Positions 56,183 to 64,000 of a stretch of DNA of 64,000 nt are shown here, piece after piece. Every line of letters begins with the position of its first letter. Positions within the stretch are counted from its first letter, which is position 1. The position numbers were made by a program, and so were the translations under genes. A model generated the notes under the pieces. That model was not told the DNA's origin and did not search any database. It saw only the letters and a list, made by a program, of their open reading frames with translations. The stretch is from a virus: positions 1 to 64,000 of the IMG/VR virus record IMGVR_UViG_3300008952_000030; one strand, given 5' to 3'.

Positions 56183-59100
56183 TTACGCCAACATCCTGAA
56201 GGTTCTTCCGATGCTTCTTGTCGAGAAGCCCCACTGAGCGTCCCATTGAAGCTTTGCCAAATAAGGGCGATTAACCCTAACCACGTCCTTGCCTGGGCGA
56301 ACGCCCCAACACTTGATGGTGTTCGTCTCGCTGTTGCTATCAATGACGCGAATCAGATAATAGTCCTTACCGTTGCGCGTCTTCTTCTTGATAACTTCAC
56401 GGGGCACGAACCACACAACACCAGCAGACAACTGAGGATCGTACTCTGAGATAGGTGGAATATAGTTCTTTTCCAAGCTACTCACAATGTGATCAGACAA
56501 CACCAAGTTAAACGGGAACACTCCAGTTAAGTCAACAAGATATTGAATCTCCTCTTCCTCAGTGAAGTCACCCTCTGGTGCATACTTCGTGATGTTCTCT
56601 ACCAGATGTTTTTCCTTGCGCGGGCGATCAACAGCCACTGCACTCCAAAAGTGCTTCGTACCTTCAAAACGATCGTCGACGAGAGGCTTAAGCGCACCTG
56701 AACGTGCTAGCACGTCAAGAGCCTTCTTGTTTAACTTAGAGTAAACGATGTTCTCGTTGAACAGAAACTCCTCCACCTTGTTGAATGGGCGATTGTTGAT
56801 TATTTGCTCAATAGCCTTTTCGCCCAAACCTTTAATAGATGTCAAAGGCTGAATCAATGTCTTGCCGTCTTCTGATATTTCCCAAACAGAACCAGACGTG
56901 TTAATATTCAACGGCTCGACACTGAACCCGTGTGCCTTCGCCACATTAATAGCCTTCTCCTTTCTTGTTTCAGGCTCCTTGTCGAGGAAAGCTGCTACCC
57001 ACTCAGCAGGATAGTAATTCATAAGCCACGCGCACTGAAAAGACAGCACACAATACGATACGGCATGGGACTTGTTAAAGCCATACCCCGAAAAGTACTC
57101 AAAAGTGTCCCAAAGCTCTTTCGCTTGCCACTTCTCAAGTCCCTTCTCCAAGCAGCCATCCAGAAACTTAGAATATATCTTATCCTTCTGCTCTTGCACT
57201 TCGCCTGTGCCCTTCTTTGTCAAAAGCTTACGAAGCTTGTTGCCCTCGTCAAGAGACAAGTCCTTGCCAAGACGGTGAGCCAGCATAGCAATCTGCTCCT
57301 GAAAGATGAGGAAGCCAAATGTCTCCTCTGTCACCTCTCTCACGATGTCATTGACATACTCGACTTCATCGGGAGCGTTCTTTGCTGCAATGAACTTCTT
57401 GTCCACGCCAGCGCCCAAAGGGCCCGGGCGATAAATTGAAGTGATAGCTGCAAGCTCAATGATGTTGTTGGGTGTTGCCCTCTTACAAAAAGACTGTGCT
57501 CCGTTTTCAGTAAACTGAAAAATGCCAACCCACTTGCCATCATGAAAGATGTTGTCCCACACCTGCTTATCATCTAAGTCGATGACTTCCGGGTGCAGAC
57601 GCCTATCGTAGAAAGCTCTTACGTCTTCAAACGTAGGATTCTCAATTCCCTCATGCCTTTGCAGTATGTGCCGCACGGCACCCTCTATCATCCTGAGAGA
57701 AGCAAGTCCCAAAATATCAAATTTAATAAAACCCATTGGTTCCAGATGTCGTACATTTTGTCCTTCACTCCATGGTGTCTGTCGAACACCTCCACTGTTA
57801 ATCATTGGCATCCACTCGTCTAGGTTCTCACCTATCACGACGCCTCCGGCGTGGCGGCTTGCTGAGCGTACTTGTCCATATAGCGCCTCCACGTGAGTCT
57901 TAATTCTCGGATATTTTACTAAGAATTTTTTCAGCGTATCCGAGAATTCCATGACTTCCTCAAACGTGGGAACATACACTCCTGCCGTGATGCCATGCTT
58001 CTTCTTTGCTAAGGGGGTTGCCTCAAAAAGCATCTTACCTGTAACATTGTTTACCTCGGTGAATGGCACTTCATAGAACTTAGAGATGTCCTTTATCAAT
58101 GAGCGCAGCTGCAGGGTGTTCCAGTTTGTAATTGGAACAACCGTGTCATCACCCCACTCATCAATAAGCTCTTCCTTCAAGCTCATTGGAGAACTTACAT
58201 CGTAATCGATATCAGGATAGCCGGAACCACCCTTAGTTAAAAACCTCTCAAACTGTAGTCCATACTTGATTGGATCTACCTGAGTAATACCTAGAGCATA
58301 TGAGACTAGTGCACCAGCTGCTGAGCCTCTGCCTGCGCCGACAAGCTGATTCTTTGTTGCCCTATCTGCGATAGCCTTCATGGTGAGAAAGTATTTACTG
58401 AACCCTCTGCTATCAATAACCTCTATCTCTCTATCGAGTCTGTCAATGTATTCCTGATTGTCTCCGAATCCTAGTATCCTTGCCCCCTCCATACAGAGCT
58501 TTGCTAAAGCGTCGGTTGCAGTGAGCCCATCTGGTACCACAAAGTCTGGTAAACGCACGGTGTTATCCGGAAAGAAAGACTCAATTCTATCGTGAGCAAT
58601 ATGGTACGACTCAGTGATGGACTTCATCACCAAGTCATCGTCATACTCGACTCCGCTCTCTTTTGAATACTTCTTATAAGACTCCCACATCTCATCTCCG
58701 TTTTTCGGATAAAGCTCGTAACCAATCTCTTCAACTTCAATCGGGAGTTCCATACTGAGCCACTCTGGTGAGCCCTTGCCCAGCCAGCCGAGCCTCTTGT
58801 ATAACTCTCTATCCTTCCATGCTTCAGAGTTTGGATAGTGACTGTCAGCAGTAGACAGCAGTGGGATACCGAACTCATGGTGCATCTGAATGATGTATTG
58901 ATTCAAGTCATGTTGCTCTGGTACGTTATTCCACTGCAACTCTCCATACCATTTATCACCAAAAATGGACTGCATCTTTTGCGTTGTAGTCCTCATCGCA
59001 TCTAAAACAGCGTCTGCTCCGTCCTCTCTGTTCTCCCAGTAATTACCGGCATAAATGCCCCCTAAACAAGCTGATGCAGCGATGACACCTTCACTGTGAC

Positions 59101-59629
59101 GTTTAAGCATTGCGTAATCCACTCTAGGGTATCGATAAAAATGATCACCATCGTAGGATGTCGATATCATCTTAAAAATGTTCTTAAGCCCCTCCTGGTT
59201 TTGAGCTAGCAAAATCAAGTGGCGACGTCTATTCAAGATAGATTTTATTTTCTTTTTAGATTCTTCGTTCTCAACCGTTGTGCCGCTTTGCACATCTTCC
59301 TTCTTCTTTCTGGACTTCTTTTCCAGCTTTGACTTTTCATACTCCTCCTTCCAGTTCGCGATTGATGGAATAAAGTACGCCTCACAGCCATAAATCGGCT
59401 TAAAGCTCTTGCCTTCTGCATGCATCTTTTTAGCATGCAGAACTTGATGCGCCAAGCCGTTTGCATTTCCGTGATCAGTGAGAGCAAGGGCGTCCATGCC
59501 ATTCTCATAAGCAAAGTCCATATGTTCTTGAGGGTACCCAAGAGCATCAAAGATGCTGCCTGCCACTGAATGGGCATGTAGCCCAACGAATGGGATTTCG
59601 GGCTTGTTTCTAGTCTCTGATGTCGGCAA
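56183..59629 (-). CDS. dnaE: DNA polymerase III alpha subunit (family C)
   Basis: PHP motifs LHAHS, TDHG and GCEAY; GRGSAAG, PDIDYD, SRHAGG, KFDILGL, YGFNKSH. Confidence 0.98.
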   Translation of the reverse strand: MPTSETRNKPEIPFVGLHAHSVAGSIFDALGYPQEHMDFAYENGMDALALTDHGNANGLAHQVLHAKKMHAEGKSFKPIYGCEAYFIPSIANWKEEYEKSKLEKKSRKKKEDVQSGTTVENEESKKKIKSILNRRRHLILLAQNQEGLKNIFKMISTSYDGDHFYRYPRVDYAMLKRHSEGVIAASACLGGIYAGNYWENREDGADAVLDAMRTTTQKMQSIFGDKWYGELQWNNVPEQHDLNQYIIQMHHEFGIPLLSTADSHYPNSEAWKDRELYKRLGWLGKGSPEWLSMELPIEVEEIGYELYPKNGDEMWESYKKYSKESGVEYDDDLVMKSITESYHIAHDRIESFFPDNTVRLPDFVVPDGLTATDALAKLCMEGARILGFGDNQEYIDRLDREIEVIDSRGFSKYFLTMKAIADRATKNQLVGAGRGSAAGALVSYALGITQVDPIKYGLQFERFLTKGGSGYPDIDYDVSSPMSLKEELIDEWGDDTVVPITNWNTLQLRSLIKDISKFYEVPFTEVNNVTGKMLFEATPLAKKKHGITAGVYVPTFEEVMEFSDTLKKFLVKYPRIKTHVEALYGQVRSASRHAGGVVIGENLDEWMPMINSGGVRQTPWSEGQNVRHLEPMGFIKFDILGLASLRMIEGAVRHILQRHEGIENPTFEDVRAFYDRRLHPEVIDLDDKQVWDNIFHDGKWVGIFQFTENGAQSFCKRATPNNIIELAAITSIYRPGPLGAGVDKKFIAAKNAPDEVEYVNDIVREVTEETFGFLIFQEQIAMLAHRLGKDLSLDEGNKLRKLLTKKGTGEVQEQKDKIYSKFLDGCLEKGLEKWQAKELWDTFEYFSGYGFNKSHAVSYCVLSFQCAWLMNYYPAEWVAAFLDKEPETRKEKAINVAKAHGFSVEPLNINTSGSVWEISEDGKTLIQPLTSIKGLGEKAIEQIINNRPFNKVEEFLFNENIVYSKLNKKALDVLARSGALKPLVDDRFEGTKHFWSAVAVDRPRKEKHLVENITKYAPEGDFTEEEEIQYLVDLTGVFPFNLVLSDHIVSSLEKNYIPPISEYDPQLSAGVVWFVPREVIKKKTRNGKDYYLIRVIDSNSETNTIKCWGVRPGKDVVRVNRPYLAKLQWDAQWGFSTRSIGRTFRMLA

Positions 59630-59837
59630 TTACATTCTCCAGTTCAGCCATAATAGCGGTTAATTCTTCTACCAGATCCACCCCGTTTGAGAGAGGATCC
59701 GGTAATCTTGCCATGTTGTAAATTTCTTGAAAAAGAAACTGTCTATCATGAGAAAGACTTTCAAAGGTGTAAGCCACACCTGCAGAGTCCTTAATATGAT
59801 ACGGAATTTCGTCGTATAAATCTCTAATCTCTTTCAT
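59610..59837 (-). CDS. Hypothetical protein
   Basis: Operonic ORF, start MKEIRD (approximate). Confidence 0.5.
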   Translation of the reverse strand: MKEIRDLYDEIPYHIKDSAGVAYTFESLSHDRQFLFQEIYNMARLPDPLSNGVDLVEELTAIMAELENVIADIRD

Positions 59838-60711
59838 CTCGTTCTCCCTTGAATAAAATTTTACTGTACTCATGATGTTTAAACATCTTCTCTCCAGGGT
59901 GCCTCAACTCTCGAAACTCTTCTGATGCTACATAAGCCGCATACTTTTGCCACGTTTCGATGTCGTAGTGCCAATCCAGTTCGATGACATTTGATTCTTC
60001 TATTCTAGCACAATTATAAATTTCGTCAAGTAAAAAATGCTTCGAACTCCATCTTTTTTCATGATTGATGGTAGTGTCCCCTCCACTACATTTATTCTTC
60101 ATGTTCCACAAGTATTCGTTATATTCTTTAGCATTCATCGTAAACGACAAATGCAAGCCCTCTCGAACTGTCTTACCCTCATACGATAGAAAGAAAGGCT
60201 TTGTGGAGGATATCTCTCTCCTGTATCCCGCAACCACTGAAGGATCATGTATGCCATACGGGAAAGAGACAAAGTACCTACTGGGGCGGAGCCATTTGCT
60301 AATTTTGTCAGACACAATAAAAGCTGTTAGTGCACCATGAAGCGCACTAAACCCGTAACTATCCCTTCGGTTTCTGTCTTTTGGGTGGATTGGCGTATAG
60401 AATATCGGTATCTGTCTCCTGTGTTCCGAGGGGTATTTCACATACGTGTGCTTGTTGAGCCAATACGGATCTTCTATATAGTCCCCCAGCCTTTTCTTGA
60501 GCAGCGGCTGAATGTCGTCATTACAAACCAACCATATCGTTTCACAGCCGGCGTACGCACATTCAACTATAGCCCTCTCAACCGCTAAGTACCGCTCACC
60601 CACCACTTGCATTGAACTGTGCCACGGTAGCCCATAATCAACTCTCGAATTTGCAATAGGCACAACGCCGGCAAGATGAAAGTTGTTTTTAAGATTGCTT
60701 CCCGTCTCCAA
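59824..60711 (-). CDS. Sugar-phosphate nucleotidyltransferase-like (GT-A fold) protein, degenerate
   Basis: AGVVPIA...AIVECAYAGCETIWLV; the canonical GxGxR is absent. Confidence 0.55.
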   Translation of the reverse strand: METGSNLKNNFHLAGVVPIANSRVDYGLPWHSSMQVVGERYLAVERAIVECAYAGCETIWLVCNDDIQPLLKKRLGDYIEDPYWLNKHTYVKYPSEHRRQIPIFYTPIHPKDRNRRDSYGFSALHGALTAFIVSDKISKWLRPSRYFVSFPYGIHDPSVVAGYRREISSTKPFFLSYEGKTVREGLHLSFTMNAKEYNEYLWNMKNKCSGGDTTINHEKRWSSKHFLLDEIYNCARIEESNVIELDWHYDIETWQKYAAYVASEEFRELRHPGEKMFKHHEYSKILFKGERDERD

Positions 60712-61024
60712 CGTCTACCTCTTCCAAAAACACTCTTGCAGTGTATCCCCCCGCATACTTTCTCTTCCTCACCGCAAGCTCAAACAAATCTCTCAGTGGA
60801 ATCTCAGAGTATGCTAACAGCGCCACAATAACTTCGTATACATCTACCAGCTCTTCAATACTGGGATCCTCTACGAACTCTTGCGCCTCTTCAAGCAGCT
60901 TTTCCTTTAAAAGCTCCAAATATTTTTCATCCTCTTCAATAATCTTGAATTTACAAAATCTTCCGTCCCTATCTATAAGCCCTGGTACCTTATCTCTTAC
61001 CAACTTGTTACATGTCTCCATCAT
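60689..61024 (-). CDS. MazG-like/PRA-PH nucleoside triphosphate pyrophosphohydrolase
   Basis: NKLVRDKVP, KLLEEAQEF, EELVDVYEV. Confidence 0.85.
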   Translation of the reverse strand: MMETCNKLVRDKVPGLIDRDGRFCKFKIIEEDEKYLELLKEKLLEEAQEFVEDPSIEELVDVYEVIVALLAYSEIPLRDLFELAVRKRKYAGGYTARVFLEEVDVGDGKQS

Positions 61025-61806
61025 GCCCCTCTTTCTGATGATGTCATAATCTCAATATATTTATTCCCTTTAAATTGCAGCTTACTTATGGAAAATTTCT
61101 CTCTCCGTGTCGGCTCGAGCTTTATCGATAAAAACTTTTGTTTTCCAGCTATCGTCGTGCCATCTTTTGCTCCCCTTATCCCACTATTCTTCATGAGTTT
61201 CTCAACTTTAAATCTAGCGATAGTAGGAGAAGCATCAAAATCGTTCATTTCTTCGCTAGTCATGAAAGATTCAGAAACACAATCTTTAATATTCTTGTTT
61301 CCGTCCACCCTTTCAGATTTATAAAAATACACTTTGTTAACAAAAGGCTCTGAAGTTTTCAGCACATCAATTTCGTGTTTTGCTCCACTTCTTACGTTGA
61401 ACCAATCAAATACCCTGTACTTCTCTCCCTCTTCACCAGAGGACTCCTCCATGGTTACATTCTCGTTGTCGAACATAAAACACTTTTTGAAACTAGCATG
61501 AACACTGAACGCTCCGCCCAAAGAGACAAACATCTTATCCTTTTCGAACCTTATGCTGTCTATTGATGTACCAAACGGCACCAAGCCTGCCATGGCATGC
61601 TCCAGAACCATAAACGACCAAGCAGTCTCGGCATTAGTCGTCTTAAGCTGCAGCTCGGGAATCTCAATCTCCTCTACCTCGTCAAACGGGAAAGGCTTCT
61701 TTCTCGTATTTAATATTAATGGAATTTTGTTTTCATAAGCATGCTTCACAGCTGAGAGGCTGTGTCCAACTACAACTTCTTGAAAATCATATTTATGATT
61801 TCTCAC
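61021..61806 (-). CDS. Hypothetical protein (degenerate Rossmann-like start)
   Basis: VVVGHSLSAV. Confidence 0.55.
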   Translation of the reverse strand: MRNHKYDFQEVVVGHSLSAVKHAYENKIPLILNTRKKPFPFDEVEEIEIPELQLKTTNAETAWSFMVLEHAMAGLVPFGTSIDSIRFEKDKMFVSLGGAFSVHASFKKCFMFDNENVTMEESSGEEGEKYRVFDWFNVRSGAKHEIDVLKTSEPFVNKVYFYKSERVDGNKNIKDCVSESFMTSEEMNDFDASPTIARFKVEKLMKNSGIRGAKDGTTIAGKQKFLSIKLEPTRREKFSISKLQFKGNKYIEIMTSSERGA

Positions 61807-63059
61807 CTACATGCTCCTGAAACTATTGTCATAAGATTTTCATACATGCTGTCCGAGTCGCTTGTTAAATCAAAGTTTCTCCCGCCAGTGCTTACTGCCA
61901 ATTCATCCCAGCCATAAAAAGCAAGAGCAAAAGTGTACATCTTCAACCCCTCTGTAGAAACTAGTGCGGGGCCGACGGCGTGTATCGTATTTGGGGGATT
62001 CATATATGTCCTCTCGGGCTCATCCGAGAATACTACTATAATCTTATCAGCACCCTCTCTCCAATTTATAAAGAACTCAGATAATACTGGGGAAGATACC
62101 GCACCAGATGTCCACCTAGACATATTCAAATCGTTTGTCAACATAGGACTAATATTTCTCAATGCAATATATACTGCATCGAGAAGCATCTCCAGTCCTC
62201 CAACGTGAAGCCTATCAACTTCAAGAAACCTATTCAAAAAATCATTAAAAGGAGAAATGTCAGAAACCAAGCGAAGCATTTCGTAATTATCTCTTGGATT
62301 CTCTTGATCAAGCACCCTTATTGGGCCGACTATTAAACCCCACTGGATAACCTCTTCATCTGCAAACTCGCGAGAAAACCTTTGCAAGGCTTCTATCGTC
62401 GCACCTACTCTCACTCCCATAGAGCTAGACCAGTCGACTACGAATAGAATGTCAGTATTCCGTATGCCTTCGCCAAAGTCCACAACACCATCACAGTCAT
62501 TGTCGACGCCGTCACACACCTCAATAGAAGGAATCACCTCGCCTGGGCACAAGTCCTCTACCCAAATATCATTCTCAAAGTTACCCCACGTGCCATGCAT
62601 GCAAATTTGTTCTCCAGCCAGGCAGTTTCCAACACCAGCGGTTTTAACTGGGCCCGAATAGCAATTGCGGGCAATAGTTTCGTCAACGATCCCGTCGCAG
62701 TCGTCGTCGATATTGTTGCATGCTTCCTCAAAAACCTGCGGAGCAGAACACTCCACAAGGCTGCCCGAGATGCACCGTGAGACACCGGGGCCACAAGCGG
62801 TGTCGCAGTTATATGCTCCTTCGTCAATATTCCCATCACAGTCATTATCAATGCCGTCGCACTGCTCTGTAGTGCATAGCTGTGTTGCTGCATCAATGAT
62901 TTCGGCAATGGCGTCAATGGTAGGCACCGGTATGATAATTGAATCCACAGGCGGCAGAGCGACGTCGCGCACTTTGCCATCGATATCGTGGAGCGCTGGT
63001 GGCGCCGCATCATCAACGCAGGAAACAAGCAATATTAACAATAAAAGTAACTTTCTCAT
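61803..63059 (-). CDS. Lipoprotein with MopE-related 'CDGIDNDCDG' repeats and a VWA domain
   Basis: Lipobox LVSC, three CDGxDNDCDG-type repeats, DILFVVDWSSSM, VFSDE. Confidence 0.85.
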   Translation of the reverse strand: MRKLLLLLILLVSCVDDAAPPALHDIDGKVRDVALPPVDSIIIPVPTIDAIAEIIDAATQLCTTEQCDGIDNDCDGNIDEGAYNCDTACGPGVSRCISGSLVECSAPQVFEEACNNIDDDCDGIVDETIARNCYSGPVKTAGVGNCLAGEQICMHGTWGNFENDIWVEDLCPGEVIPSIEVCDGVDNDCDGVVDFGEGIRNTDILFVVDWSSSMGVRVGATIEALQRFSREFADEEVIQWGLIVGPIRVLDQENPRDNYEMLRLVSDISPFNDFLNRFLEVDRLHVGGLEMLLDAVYIALRNISPMLTNDLNMSRWTSGAVSSPVLSEFFINWREGADKIIVVFSDEPERTYMNPPNTIHAVGPALVSTEGLKMYTFALAFYGWDELAVSTGGRNFDLTSDSDSMYENLMTIVSGACR

Positions 63060-63060
63060 T

Positions 63061-64000
63061 TTAAAAACACATCCGGGAAAGACGCCAGCTCATAGCCACC
63101 GTATAAAACTTCTCGCCACATGATGGAGCTTCTTTTTTTTTTGATTCGAAACATGCCATGCCCGAATCAGCGCCACCAGCATCGGGCTCTGCGTCGGGAG
63201 GCATAGCGTCAGGTACGCCGGCATCTCGGACTCCTGCGTCTTGGACGCCAGCATCCGCATCGGGCTGCCTCTCACGGCCCTGAATACAGGCAGCTTCTTC
63301 TATAGCTTCCGCGACGGCATCTTCAACTTCTTGTTCGTTTTGCCCTGGTGGGCCGCCGACGTTGGCATTCCTATACGCTCCACCGGCGTCAAACAACGGC
63401 TCATAACTTTGGCGTACAAAAATGTTGTCGGGCCCGATGATGAATGCCATACCACCAGTCATGAACATTGCATGCTGAACCGCGAAGGCATCAAAGTTAT
63501 CGCCTTGCGCTCTCTCATCACCTAGCACGACGACGATACGATGGTTATACCTGCTCAAGTCAACCTGCCAGGCATCTTCGATTCCTTGAAGCTGGGCTTG
63601 TGGGCGGTTTGTATTCCAAAGCACTTCATCTGGATTCCCGTCGTTATCCCAATCGATGAGATCGTCGGTGAGAAACATGCCTATTGCGTCAAGAGTATTC
63701 TCTGTGCCGCCGCCGCGATTAATGATTCCGGCATTAATTGATCCTCGAAGTCCGCTGATTGCAGCCCGCATGTCTTCCACTGGAACGACTGGAGGATCCT
63801 CAACACCTGGTACGCAGTTATCTGCTGGATAATATAGGTACGGGTCGAACATGTCGTCATTCCCCACCACAGCTAGCATGTAACATACATCGATGATGCC
63901 GTCGTTAAAGAGTCTTTCGACGGTATTTCTAGTCGCGTCAAAAGCTGCCCACAACTCATCTTGTTGCATTGAGCCGGAAACGTCAATAACCATCATGACT
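63061..64000 (-). CDS. VWA domain protein with DAG-repeat tail (5' end outside the window)
   Basis: IDVSGSM, GGGTE, VLGDE; DAGVQDAGVRDAGVPDA. Confidence 0.8.
   Translation of the reverse strand, partial: VMMVIDVSGSMQQDELWAAFDATRNTVERLFNDGIIDVCYMLAVVGNDDMFDPYLYYPADNCVPGVEDPPVVPVEDMRAAISGLRGSINAGIINRGGGTENTLDAIGMFLTDDLIDWDNDGNPDEVLWNTNRPQAQLQGIEDAWQVDLSRYNHRIVVVLGDERAQGDNFDAFAVQHAMFMTGGMAFIIGPDNIFVRQSYEPLFDAGGAYRNANVGGPPGQNEQEVEDAVAEAIEEAACIQGRERQPDADAGVQDAGVRDAGVPDAMPPDAEPDAGGADSGMACFESKKKEAPSCGEKFYTVAMSWRLSRMCF

Noticed and set aside
56183-59629. Intein or intron in dnaE
   Set aside because: The length is normal, and no intein splice motifs or LAGLIDADG blocks are seen.

Overview
This window looks like part of a large (jumbo-type) dsDNA bacteriophage genome. 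Essentially all credible genes are on the minus strand and read in the standard code, and the + strand ORFs are shadows. There are four zones. (1) 1-19.2 kb holds the 5' part of a tmRNA gene and a block of probably late/virion-associated genes that share an N-terminal 'MK(I/L)TxxxLxxIIxEE'-type motif and an upstream ACTANTTA box. The block includes a KxDG-ligase-like/cytidylyltransferase fusion, a Pol-beta nucleotidyltransferase, a Fic-Nudix fusion, an FG-GAP propeller, purA and a CglF/GltF-like protein. (2) A G-tract at about 19.25 kb is followed by an early-type region (19.3-35.2 kb) with many near-consensus sigma70 promoters, tiny ORFs, three tRNAs, several unannotated structured-RNA candidates and an AAA/VWA pair. 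(3) 35-52 kb holds a putative R-M pair, FKBP, Smr, dnaK, glutaredoxin, groEL and clpP. (4) 52-64 kb holds a sigma-region-4 protein, guaB, dut, a ParB-like protein, dnaE, a MazG-like protein and Myxococcota-style VWA/'CDGIDNDCDG' proteins. The most striking unexplained structure is a set of tandem 51-66 aa hypervariable 'MKVGDLV...ISESR' miniprotein genes (31.8-32.9 kb and 24.6-25.2 kb). They are joined by a conserved 23-30 bp DNA repeat that encodes the end and stop of one gene and the SD, start and N-terminus of the next. This is consistent with a recombination-ready cassette array of SH3-like scaffolds. All family assignments are from motif recognition by eye; no searches were run.
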